A DNA stretch of 64,000 nt from an uncultured Lentimicrobiaceae bacterium (GTDB taxonomy: Bacteria; Bacteroidota; Bacteroidia; Bacteroidales; WCHB1-69): contig CAZZHH010000001.1 of the NCBI GenBank assembly GCA_964653595.1, forward strand, positions 40,813 through 104,812, written 5' to 3'. The position numbers were made by a program, and so were the translations under genes. Within the stretch, counting starts at the first letter, position 1; each line of letters begins with the position of its first letter. The notes beneath the pieces are model-generated. The model worked only from the letters and a program-made list of their open reading frames with translations, was not told the DNA's origin and did not search any database. Below, piece after piece: positions 49,011 through 57,777 of the stretch.

Positions 49011-52000
49011 TTACCAATCGGCATTCAAATATTTCTTCAACTGTCCGGCATTTAATACTTCGTAAGCCAACATGCCTTTGTTTTGCAATGGGGCTATGTT
49101 TTTGCCTACGCCATCGTCGAGTATGGGGTTGTAGCCTTCGGTTAACAGCTCATCTATTTTTGCTTTGAAACGTTCTATCTCTTTGAGTTGCTTGTAGATT
49201 ATGTCTTTTTCGTTTTGTGCTTTGGCAGAAGTGTCGTTGGCTAAATCGGATTGACGATTAACCAATGCCCGTTCGCGCTGTTCGATGTGAACGGAGCGTA
49301 GGCTGAGCAGTTTATCGCGATTCCATTTGTAGATAATGATGTAACAATCGAACCCATGCTCCGCACCACTGGTTAAATGCCATATAAACGGCGTTTTGGG
49401 TAAATACATAAACAAGTTGAGATGATCGGAAAGTGCCTTGAAAAAGTCGTGGTTGATGTATTCGTTAAGTTCTTTGCCCAATAGACTATCAAACGAAGAG
49501 TATTGCGCCATGCTAAACCCTTTTTGGATAAACTTTTCTTCTATTCGTTCTAACAATATTTTTTCGCCAGCATTGGGCACTAATGGAATGATGCCATCTT
49601 CGTCTTCCATTAATATTTCGCGAATCATATCGGCTAAAAACTCCATGGCCAAATCGTTCATGCGTTGTTTTGGTATGATGTTGCTCTCTTTAAACCAATA
49701 CCAAACATTGATCGGATTTACTTTGTGGCGAATGCAAAACTCTTCCAAATCGTTGTTGCTTTGGTATAGCGCAGGAAACTCTTGCACAATGGTTTCGCGC
49801 TCTTGTGCTGTAAATTGGTGTTCGGGTAAGTTTTGGATGTAATCTTTGATATTATCTAACGGAAACTCTGCCACTTCGTTTTGCAAATAGGCTTCTTTTG
49901 CCTCTTTTGCAACGGGCAACCCACCTATGCTTTCGCCTTCTTTGGCTAATACCATGGCTTTGTCGGCAGCAGTTAACTCATATACTTCAAATATTTTTTC
50001 GTTTATGATGGCTTCGTTTAGGAGGACTTGGGTTATTAGATGATTTTCATAGTTAAAATAAAAAATCAGATTACTTTTCCAATCCAAAACAGCTTGATTG
50101 TCAAACATAGTTGAAGTAAAATCTCTCTCATAAATATGATAACTATTAATTTGTTTAGTTATAGCAACATTTCTCGAGGATAAAAGAGTAATGCATTTTT
50201 CTAATTTTTCTTTTGGAATAACAAATGGAACTCTTTGCATATCCCCAACTTGTGCATTTACTGTAGGATTGAGACAATCGATAATATACTGTGTAAACGG
50301 GGAATTGAAAAATGCTAAATTATAAAAATTGTTTTTGAATTTTTTTATTGAAAAAATAGAACTACCGCCAACATCAAAAATACAATCACTTGGTAGAAAT
50401 CTATATGAAGGACCTTTAGAACCTGAGGCAGAATAAGTCACACCCTCTTTAAAATACACATCTTCATTTTGAGGTCTTGATCTCTGCTTTCCATTTTCAT
50501 CATTAAAATTTCTGATTAAATCACCATTATTTTTCCAATTTACTTTTAACCATAAATTACCTTCCCACTTTTTATATGGGCCGCCCTTAGCATATGTTAC
50601 CCATTCATTTTTGGCAATATTCTCATCCTTTGGTTTTAATTCCCACCAAAATCGAAGAAATCTATTATTATCCGCTGTGGCAAGTCCTTGACAATTTCTT
50701 AAAATATCTTTGACCGAATCTCCTTCAAACTTTTCCCTAAACTCATCGCTTATCCAATAAATAAATGGGTATGATTTTATGATTTTAAGTTTGGATTGCG
50801 GTAAAGAATAGTTATTAGAATGATTTACTCCCGTAATTAATTTATCATACGCTTCTACAAAGGCATCATATCTTTTACCTTCGTAAATATGATTGAGTTT
50901 AATGAAAGGGGTTTCCTTTTCTTTTTGAGTTTCCTTTTCTAACACATACATAGCTGCATCAACCCTTGCAGATGGATGGAACATGCCTAAATATCCCCAC
51001 TCTACAAATAAATCAATGTGCGTTTTTTCCAAAATAAATTTTCTAACATCTTCAAATGTTTTGATGTACATAAAAGTTGGTGGATGAACCATTGCCACTT
51101 TACCTTTTTCATTAGTTAGCTCAAAGCATCGTTTTATAAATGTAGCGTATAGGTTGGTGTTAAACTTATATGGTTTTGCATAATTGGTATCGATATATTT
51201 TTTAAGTTCGGCACCAAAATCGGCGCTATCGGTATAAGGCGGGTTGGCACAGGCTATATCGTATTTTTGGGTAATTAGTTTTAAAAAAGTAATGGCATCT
51301 TTGGTTTTGTCGGTTAAAAAAGAGACGCCTTGTTTTTGTGCATATTGGGCTACCGCTGTTTCGAGGTTTATGAAGAAATCCTTTTCAAACTCTTCGTATT
51401 GGGCTATTTCTGCACTCAAAAACAGATCTAGCTCGCCACGTTTTTGCTTGGTATAAAGCTCTTCTACTTGGTGTTTGATTTTTTCTTCAATTTTCACCAA
51501 AGAGCCAAATTTGTGGGCTTGTTGCAGGTCAGTCCAAATTTCCGCTACAATTTTTCGTTGGTTATCGTCAGTTATTCCGGTTTCAAAAATTGGCAACACC
51601 TCCTGATAATCGGGCAAATAGAAATCGGAAGAGACCACATTAAAATGCAAAGCGGTTGTGTTTCTGTTTTTTTGTTTTGCTTTAATCCACAATCCCAACT
51701 GTGCCAATTGAGCGGCACGGTCGTCTAAATCAATACCATGGAGGTTGTTTTCGATAATCAGTTTCGGAATATCATCAATTTCGTAATCGGCATCGTAGTT
51801 TTCTATTTGATCGAGGTAAAGGGCATAAAAGAATGCAAAAGCGTAAAGGAGGAAATTACCCGAACCCGAAGCCGGGTCGATTAGTTTAAGCAAGTGCAAG
51901 GGCTTTGGTTCTCTTACTTTTGTTTTTGGTGCATTCCCTTCGACTGCGCTCAGGGCGGGTGCTATTTTATACAAGCTTTTTATTTCGCTATCGGGGTACA

Positions 52001-52730
52001 TTTCCAAATAGAGTTTTCCCAATGAGTTATGCACCAGAAACTCAACCACCCAACGTGGAGTATATACTTGCGATTGAAGGCTTACTTTGTTGTATTCTGT
52101 TTTGTCGCCACTATCTTTGTGTGCCTGTTTTTTTACATTGTTGTAGCTTTCGTATAGCCAACCCAAAATATCATCGCTCTGCCATATTTTAGACTCAATT
52201 TGGTCGTCTTGTTCTATTTTGTTAAAGGCATCAATAATTTCGTTAAACTCGATAACATAGGGGATGAAGGCATAGGGGTAATTTTTATGAAACAACGGAA
52301 TATCGTCGCCTAACCTATTAAACTCATGCTTAAAATATTCTCTTATCCCTTCCATTTCTTCGTTGCGCATGGCTGGGTTTTGCTCCAACCAAACTTTATG
52401 ACCAAACGATCGTCCACCATGTTCGGCTTGTTTGGTAATAATGGGCGGAAACAGTTGCAGGGCTTCCATTACTTTAATGGCTGCCAAGCGGTTGAAAAGG
52501 GTGAACGTTAATTCATCCAATGCTTTTTCGCGGGCATCGGTATAATTTCCTGTTTCTCCTTCGTGGTTTTTAATCAGTAACGCAATTTTGTTCCGTTTGG
52601 CGTGAAGTTCTATGGGAATTTTATCTGCTTCAGCCATTTTGGTAGCTCCAAAGCCCAATCGAGCAAACTGATTGTTGAAAGCCTTGTATATTAAGATTCG
52701 AATATTATCTACATGTTCGGGTAATTTCAT
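49011..52730 (-). CDS. pglX: BREX-1 N6-adenine DNA methyltransferase PglX
   Basis: 1239 aa. SAM motif I LIDPASGSGNFLLYAF, catalytic motif IV DIACANPPYTDS, and a position after brxC. Confidence 0.9.
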   Translation of the reverse strand: MKLPEHVDNIRILIYKAFNNQFARLGFGATKMAEADKIPIELHAKRNKIALLIKNHEGETGNYTDAREKALDELTFTLFNRLAAIKVMEALQLFPPIITKQAEHGGRSFGHKVWLEQNPAMRNEEMEGIREYFKHEFNRLGDDIPLFHKNYPYAFIPYVIEFNEIIDAFNKIEQDDQIESKIWQSDDILGWLYESYNNVKKQAHKDSGDKTEYNKVSLQSQVYTPRWVVEFLVHNSLGKLYLEMYPDSEIKSLYKIAPALSAVEGNAPKTKVREPKPLHLLKLIDPASGSGNFLLYAFAFFYALYLDQIENYDADYEIDDIPKLIIENNLHGIDLDDRAAQLAQLGLWIKAKQKNRNTTALHFNVVSSDFYLPDYQEVLPIFETGITDDNQRKIVAEIWTDLQQAHKFGSLVKIEEKIKHQVEELYTKQKRGELDLFLSAEIAQYEEFEKDFFINLETAVAQYAQKQGVSFLTDKTKDAITFLKLITQKYDIACANPPYTDSADFGAELKKYIDTNYAKPYKFNTNLYATFIKRCFELTNEKGKVAMVHPPTFMYIKTFEDVRKFILEKTHIDLFVEWGYLGMFHPSARVDAAMYVLEKETQKEKETPFIKLNHIYEGKRYDAFVEAYDKLITGVNHSNNYSLPQSKLKIIKSYPFIYWISDEFREKFEGDSVKDILRNCQGLATADNNRFLRFWWELKPKDENIAKNEWVTYAKGGPYKKWEGNLWLKVNWKNNGDLIRNFNDENGKQRSRPQNEDVYFKEGVTYSASGSKGPSYRFLPSDCIFDVGGSSIFSIKKFKNNFYNLAFFNSPFTQYIIDCLNPTVNAQVGDMQRVPFVIPKEKLEKCITLLSSRNVAITKQINSYHIYERDFTSTMFDNQAVLDWKSNLIFYFNYENHLITQVLLNEAIINEKIFEVYELTAADKAMVLAKEGESIGGLPVAKEAKEAYLQNEVAEFPLDNIKDYIQNLPEHQFTAQERETIVQEFPALYQSNNDLEEFCIRHKVNPINVWYWFKESNIIPKQRMNDLAMEFLADMIREILMEDEDGIIPLVPNAGEKILLERIEEKFIQKGFSMAQYSSFDSLLGKELNEYINHDFFKALSDHLNLFMYLPKTPFIWHLTSGAEHGFDCYIIIYKWNRDKLLSLRSVHIEQRERALVNRQSDLANDTSAKAQNEKDIIYKQLKEIERFKAKIDELLTEGYNPILDDGVGKNIAPLQNKGMLAYEVLNAGQLKKYLNADW

Positions 52731-52741
52731 CTGCTTATTTA

Positions 52742-55700
52742 TTAATTGTTGATAGTCAATTCAATTTCGTCGTCGTTGCTCATTCCAGCAATTCCCTGAA
52801 TTTGAGCAGCTAATAACGCTCTATATTCGGAGGCTTTCATCACTTTTTTAGCAACTGTAAATTGAATTTTCTTAGCCTGTTTAGGTTCTCCTGGAGTTGC
52901 AAGTTTTGGCACCTCTTTAATGAAGTTGCTTTTCAGTATTTGCAATTCCGCATCTTTGTTAGGAGCTAAATCAATATAATTCAAAATATCGGTTAACGAG
53001 TAGTTGCAATCCTGACACGAAACCTGATACTCTAAACGCACATCGTTTATGATTCTTCCAGTACAAATCTCCATTAACGATTTAAGACTTGATGTGTTTT
53101 GGGTATTGAGTTCGGCAGGATAATTTTCAGCCAAATCGGCTTGAGCTGCAACAATATTTGTTTTAATTGTGGTGTAAAGATCAGCCATTTTTTTAGCATT
53201 GGCCTTCATTAAAAGATAATATTCATCTTTTATGGCTTGAGCTGCTTTCTGTATATCGGTATAGTTGTCAATTACATCTTTTGCCATTGCTTTATCGAAG
53301 TTTTCGGCATTAGAAGCAACTATGGCATTGGTGATATTTGCTTTACTTAATTCGCTTTTAACGGCTGTAACAAAGCGATTATAGCCTTTAATTTTATCGA
53401 GGTTCTTTTTGATAAATGCTTCCGCTTTTACAATGGATCTTATAGCCTCTGAATATTCATCTTTACCGGATAAGAAATCTTCGGCTTTTTCGATGTAATT
53501 GGCTTCGGTAGTCTTAGAAATGTATTTTTGCAATATCTCTTTCTGCATCAACACTTTGTTGAATTGTTTATCGAAATCGGGTACCGTATTTTTTAATGCA
53601 ATAACGGTAGTAATAAAGTTGTCGGCAAAATAGGTAATGGCATCGGCTAGTTCGAAATCGGTACTTTCGTATTTGATTTTTAGCTTGGTGTATTTTTCAA
53701 TTTCCAAATCTAAAAGTGTTTTTACAATTTCGCTTTTTTGCGATGCACTCAAGGTTTTTGTTATGGATTTGAAACGGGCAGTTTTATATTTAGCCCCCGA
53801 ATTAAATACTTCTTGCACTGCTTTGTCGCTATACGAGAAGTATTCGGTATCGTTGAATTTAACCACCAATCGGCCAGCACGTAACAAAACGGCTAAAGAT
53901 GTAGATAACGTGCCATAGGAATAGCCCCAAGGCGCCATCGACAATTCATCTTCGAGGCTCTTGCCATCAATATATCGATTGTTTATTTTAGCCGTAATTT
54001 CTTCAATTACCTTTAAACTATCGCCCACAAAATTACCATTGGCATCAAAAAACTTAAACTCATCTCCCGAAAAGTACTTATTGAGTTTATCGGCACTAGT
54101 TTCTTTTAACACTTTATCGCCTATAGACTCTGGCAACTGACTGGTAAGCCGTTTGGTGTAAATATTCTTTATCAGTTTTTTTTGCGTTTCATTGATTGTT
54201 GTTTTGAAATTATCTTTATTTAAAAGATTTTCATCGAACAAATAGATGAGCGAACCATTCTCGTAAGCGGTTTCAATTAGATTGACCAGATCTTTTTCTT
54301 TCTCGTTTTTAATGATCGAAAACTCTCTGATAATTGGCTTCACTTTTTCGTCGTCGGTACTGCTATACTTATCTTCCATATAGCCATAACGTTTCACCTC
54401 TTCGATAAGCTTGTCAATTTCTGCAAATCGTTTGTTATCCGGCACTAATGTTATTTTATCTTTTGCGTATTGCGTGTCTAATTTCAAACTTTCCACAAAG
54501 TCTTGTCTGTCATCGTTCAAGTTAAAAAGACTGTAAACGGTAAGCTTCAGATTTTTGTTATTTGAACTAATAATCTCGTCATCAAGGTCGGTTAACACAT
54601 TGAAATTGTATGAAGCAGTGTTCTCATTGATAACTGAAACCAACCGGAATAAACTGATTTTTTTGAAATAGTTGACCAACTCTCTTTTCTTAACGAACAG
54701 TTCCACCTCAAAATCTTTCATCTCCTCCAATAATTTACCTTCGAGGTTGGATGTTATTTTGTAGTTGTTATTCGAAAACAAAAGGATCTTAGATTCCACC
54801 AATAGCGTTAATGCTTTTTCCACCAATGGTTTGGCATCATAGTAGGTAGCAATATCCGCAATATATGTTTTGGTAATGTTTTCAACCGTTGGCGATGCGA
54901 TTAATTCGGCTTCGTTAATGAAATGTATGGTTTTTAAAAGCATTTCGCCATCCAATGATATATTGTTGTTGGTTAATATACTCTTAGCCGTACTGTATTT
55001 ATTTGCCAAATCGGCTGGTGGCGAAGATTGGGCTTGTGTGCATAAATCGTGGGCGGTAGCAAATTTATGTAATTCATTTTCGATCAATGATTTTTTCAAC
55101 ACATCAAATGTTGTAATTATCATCCCACGAGCTGCAATTTGAGTTGACACTAAAGCATTGGAACTAAACAAAAACTTTTGAAGCAGATCGAATTGGTATT
55201 TGTGAAACGGATAATAGGTTGCAAATTGTTCTGCGGATACTGTTTTGGTGGGAAAGCTAGATTTTAAATTAGTGGCATCGCTTATCAACCCTTCATTTGC
55301 TTTGTAATAGGTGAGTAATTCATTTTGTGCATCTTCGGTTTTCAGCAACAGTCTGTTTTTAATAATCACATCAACCTCTGTAGATTCGATGTGCATTTTT
55401 GTTTTAAAACGGTCGGTTACTTTATTGAGTTGGCTCTTATTAATGTTTGCATTAATGATTACATCGTCTAATTTTTGTTGAGCGATGGCAATGGTCCATA
55501 CTTTTTTGCTAATACTCGAAAGGCTTTCGCTAATAGCCTGCAAATCTGTAAGTTTAAACTTGCCTTGACTTATTGCCTCACTGGCTTCGTCGAAAATAAA
55601 AACTAAGGTTTCATCGGTGTTTTTTGCTAAATATTTTTCAAGTTCATCTTTAAATTTGTTAGCATCGAAGTTTTTAATTGCAAACTCATAAACCTTTTCC

Positions 55701-56350
55701 GTGTCTGCGTATTCAATTTCGGTGTAATCCATTGCCATGTATGCCCTTCTCATGGCTTTAGCAACATCTCTATTTCCCTTTTTTATGTCGTTCCAATCTT
55801 TGCCAAATAATTCCTGCGATTTTTCTTGTAAAAAGGAGTACTTTCCATCAAGAAAAAGATCATATTCCATAAACCCATACTTATCGTTGCGGAATCCTAA
55901 TTTTTTTAGAAAGTTGGCAAAAAGGGTGAAAGCCAAGCCATTATCGGTATTTTGCTTTGCAATATCGAGGAAAATAACTTTGCTTTTTATAGCATCCAAT
56001 TTATTAATGTCGTTCTTAATAAGGCTTTCGTTGTTTACACCGCTGAGACGAGGCATAAATCGGGTTCTTGCCGGAGTGCCATTGATTGTTGGATTTGCGA
56101 TAAGGTATCCCAGTATTTTCCCAAAGTATGATTTTCCTGAGCCATAAAAGCCAGAAAGCCAGACCCCTGTTTCTTTGATGTTGCTAGTGTATTGATTTGC
56201 AAAATTAGAAATATGGTTTCCTAATCCATCGGTAACAATATACGTTTCTAATTCCGATTGTATTTCATTTTCAGATTGATCCTCTAGGTCAATGACATTT
56301 TTAATATCTTCGGAGAGATCAAGTTTTAATATGTCTTTTATTGTATTCAT
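52742..56350 (-). CDS. brxC: BREX system P-loop ATPase BrxC/PglY
   Basis: 1202 aa. Walker A GFYGSGKSYFGKILGYL near the N-terminus, Walker B-like VFIFDEASEA, and a position between brxB and pglX. Confidence 0.85.
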   Translation of the reverse strand: MNTIKDILKLDLSEDIKNVIDLEDQSENEIQSELETYIVTDGLGNHISNFANQYTSNIKETGVWLSGFYGSGKSYFGKILGYLIANPTINGTPARTRFMPRLSGVNNESLIKNDINKLDAIKSKVIFLDIAKQNTDNGLAFTLFANFLKKLGFRNDKYGFMEYDLFLDGKYSFLQEKSQELFGKDWNDIKKGNRDVAKAMRRAYMAMDYTEIEYADTEKVYEFAIKNFDANKFKDELEKYLAKNTDETLVFIFDEASEAISQGKFKLTDLQAISESLSSISKKVWTIAIAQQKLDDVIINANINKSQLNKVTDRFKTKMHIESTEVDVIIKNRLLLKTEDAQNELLTYYKANEGLISDATNLKSSFPTKTVSAEQFATYYPFHKYQFDLLQKFLFSSNALVSTQIAARGMIITTFDVLKKSLIENELHKFATAHDLCTQAQSSPPADLANKYSTAKSILTNNNISLDGEMLLKTIHFINEAELIASPTVENITKTYIADIATYYDAKPLVEKALTLLVESKILLFSNNNYKITSNLEGKLLEEMKDFEVELFVKKRELVNYFKKISLFRLVSVINENTASYNFNVLTDLDDEIISSNNKNLKLTVYSLFNLNDDRQDFVESLKLDTQYAKDKITLVPDNKRFAEIDKLIEEVKRYGYMEDKYSSTDDEKVKPIIREFSIIKNEKEKDLVNLIETAYENGSLIYLFDENLLNKDNFKTTINETQKKLIKNIYTKRLTSQLPESIGDKVLKETSADKLNKYFSGDEFKFFDANGNFVGDSLKVIEEITAKINNRYIDGKSLEDELSMAPWGYSYGTLSTSLAVLLRAGRLVVKFNDTEYFSYSDKAVQEVFNSGAKYKTARFKSITKTLSASQKSEIVKTLLDLEIEKYTKLKIKYESTDFELADAITYFADNFITTVIALKNTVPDFDKQFNKVLMQKEILQKYISKTTEANYIEKAEDFLSGKDEYSEAIRSIVKAEAFIKKNLDKIKGYNRFVTAVKSELSKANITNAIVASNAENFDKAMAKDVIDNYTDIQKAAQAIKDEYYLLMKANAKKMADLYTTIKTNIVAAQADLAENYPAELNTQNTSSLKSLMEICTGRIINDVRLEYQVSCQDCNYSLTDILNYIDLAPNKDAELQILKSNFIKEVPKLATPGEPKQAKKIQFTVAKKVMKASEYRALLAAQIQGIAGMSNDDEIELTINN

Positions 56351-56357
56351 AGTGTTT

Positions 56358-56918
56358 TTATTCTATTACAGTACATCTATATTTAGAAGATTGTTTAGCA
56401 TTGAGAAAATGGTGATGATTGCCACTAATTTCACCTGGATAAAATATCACCAATGGATGATTTAATTCCATAATTACTTTATTTTGGGTGATATTGATAT
56501 TTTCAATCCCTGTGGCATAAAAAATACCGGTTCTAATTAAAACAGGGATTAAACCATTTTTCGAGGTTTCAACAATTCCATTTATCACCTTATCGAAAAG
56601 GTCAATATGAGGGTCTTCATTATCAAAAAAAGCTTTATATGAATTAGGGCTCAAGCTTTGGTAGAACTCGAGAAACTCATCAATGCCATCTTCTGAAACA
56701 TATTCCACAAAAAGCTTACCCACATCAATAAAACTAAACAATGCAGGATCTAATTCACTAGAGGCTTTTTCTAAGTACAAATTTTCCTCATTTGGTGGAT
56801 AAGTGAACAAAATAGTATTACCGCCATTGGCATCACGTCTTAATTGTGTTCGATTTGCAATATCTAATGCCGTCTTTAGGTTATCGAATTTTGCTTTATG
56901 CTCGTCTATATATGCCAT
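56358..56918 (-). CDS. brxB: BREX protein BrxB (DUF1788)
   Basis: 186 aa. ILFTYPPNEE and C-terminal VIFYPGE segments. Second gene of the operon. Confidence 0.7.
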   Translation of the reverse strand: MAYIDEHKAKFDNLKTALDIANRTQLRRDANGGNTILFTYPPNEENLYLEKASSELDPALFSFIDVGKLFVEYVSEDGIDEFLEFYQSLSPNSYKAFFDNEDPHIDLFDKVINGIVETSKNGLIPVLIRTGIFYATGIENINITQNKVIMELNHPLVIFYPGEISGNHHHFLNAKQSSKYRCTVIE

Positions 56919-57675
56919 TGATTATGTTGTTTGTGTTAAATGAAGCCTCTACCTTGAGATCTGTACCGGTATAACTCATTTTAATCCAGTCCTTTTTCCC
57001 AATACTTTTTAACCTATCCAAAATATTCTCCTTAGTAATAAATGAGAAAGCAATCAGTTCATCCTCTAACAAGTTCGGTTTCTTGTTATCCAATAAGTTT
57101 ATCAGGTGAATAAATATTGCTAACAGCTCGTCCGTAATTTTAAGATGACAGAACCTCTTTTTTAAATTTCCTTCAAGCAAATGTAGCTTTTTAAGGGTTG
57201 TTAGATATTTTGAAGCAATGGTGTCAATTGTAATTTCAGACCATTTTCCCTTTAATTCTGGGTTTCTATCAATTAAATCTTTGATGTAGGCAATCACGAC
57301 CTCTTTGGGTAGTTCTGCCCTGCCTTGAAAATAGTATTTTAAAAAAAGGTCACGATTGAGTTCGAAAAAAAGTTTATTATTGAAACTAAATAGCCAAAAC
57401 AGAAGAATTGCTTGCGCTGATTCATCGTCACTATACTGTTTTATCACCAGAGAAGCCAGTTCGTTGACATGATTTTCCTTATTGATAAAAGCAGAATTTA
57501 ATGCAGTCAGAAACCGTTTGCGGGATTTTTCTGTTCTAAAATCAAATTGATTATTCGTAACTAAAATTGATTGCAACTCAACCTGATCGGTCAATAATAA
57601 TGGCAATGCCAGATAAATTAAATGATAATCAGGAATACTGCCAATTATATTTATATCGGTATTGTAATTTGTCAT
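56896..57675 (-). CDS. brxA: BREX protein BrxA (DUF1819)
   Basis: 259 aa and the first gene of the operon; it overlaps brxB by 23 nt. The assignment rests mainly on position and size. Confidence 0.65.
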   Translation of the reverse strand: MTNYNTDINIIGSIPDYHLIYLALPLLLTDQVELQSILVTNNQFDFRTEKSRKRFLTALNSAFINKENHVNELASLVIKQYSDDESAQAILLFWLFSFNNKLFFELNRDLFLKYYFQGRAELPKEVVIAYIKDLIDRNPELKGKWSEITIDTIASKYLTTLKKLHLLEGNLKKRFCHLKITDELLAIFIHLINLLDNKKPNLLEDELIAFSFITKENILDRLKSIGKKDWIKMSYTGTDLKVEASFNTNNIINGIYRRA

Positions 57676-57702
57676 TTTTTATTGGTTGATTTTGTAATAG
57701 GG

Positions 57703-57710
57703 CAAATTTA
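57703..57710 (-). promoter_or_regulatory. Bacteroidetes -7 box (TAnnTTTG) for the BREX operon
   Basis: The reverse complement reads taaatttg, about 28 nt upstream of the brxA ATG. Confidence 0.4.
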
Positions 57711-57752
57711 CGTAAAAAAACGAATTGTAAGTTCTAATAAAAATTATTATTA

Positions 57753-57771
57753 TTTTGCAAAGTTTGCAAAA
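57753..57771. promoter_or_regulatory. 19-bp perfect palindrome upstream of the BREX promoter
   Basis: ttttgcaaa-g-tttgcaaaa, which is two TTTGCAAA palindromic octamers at 9-bp spacing. Confidence 0.45.
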
Positions 57772-57777
57772 TACAGA

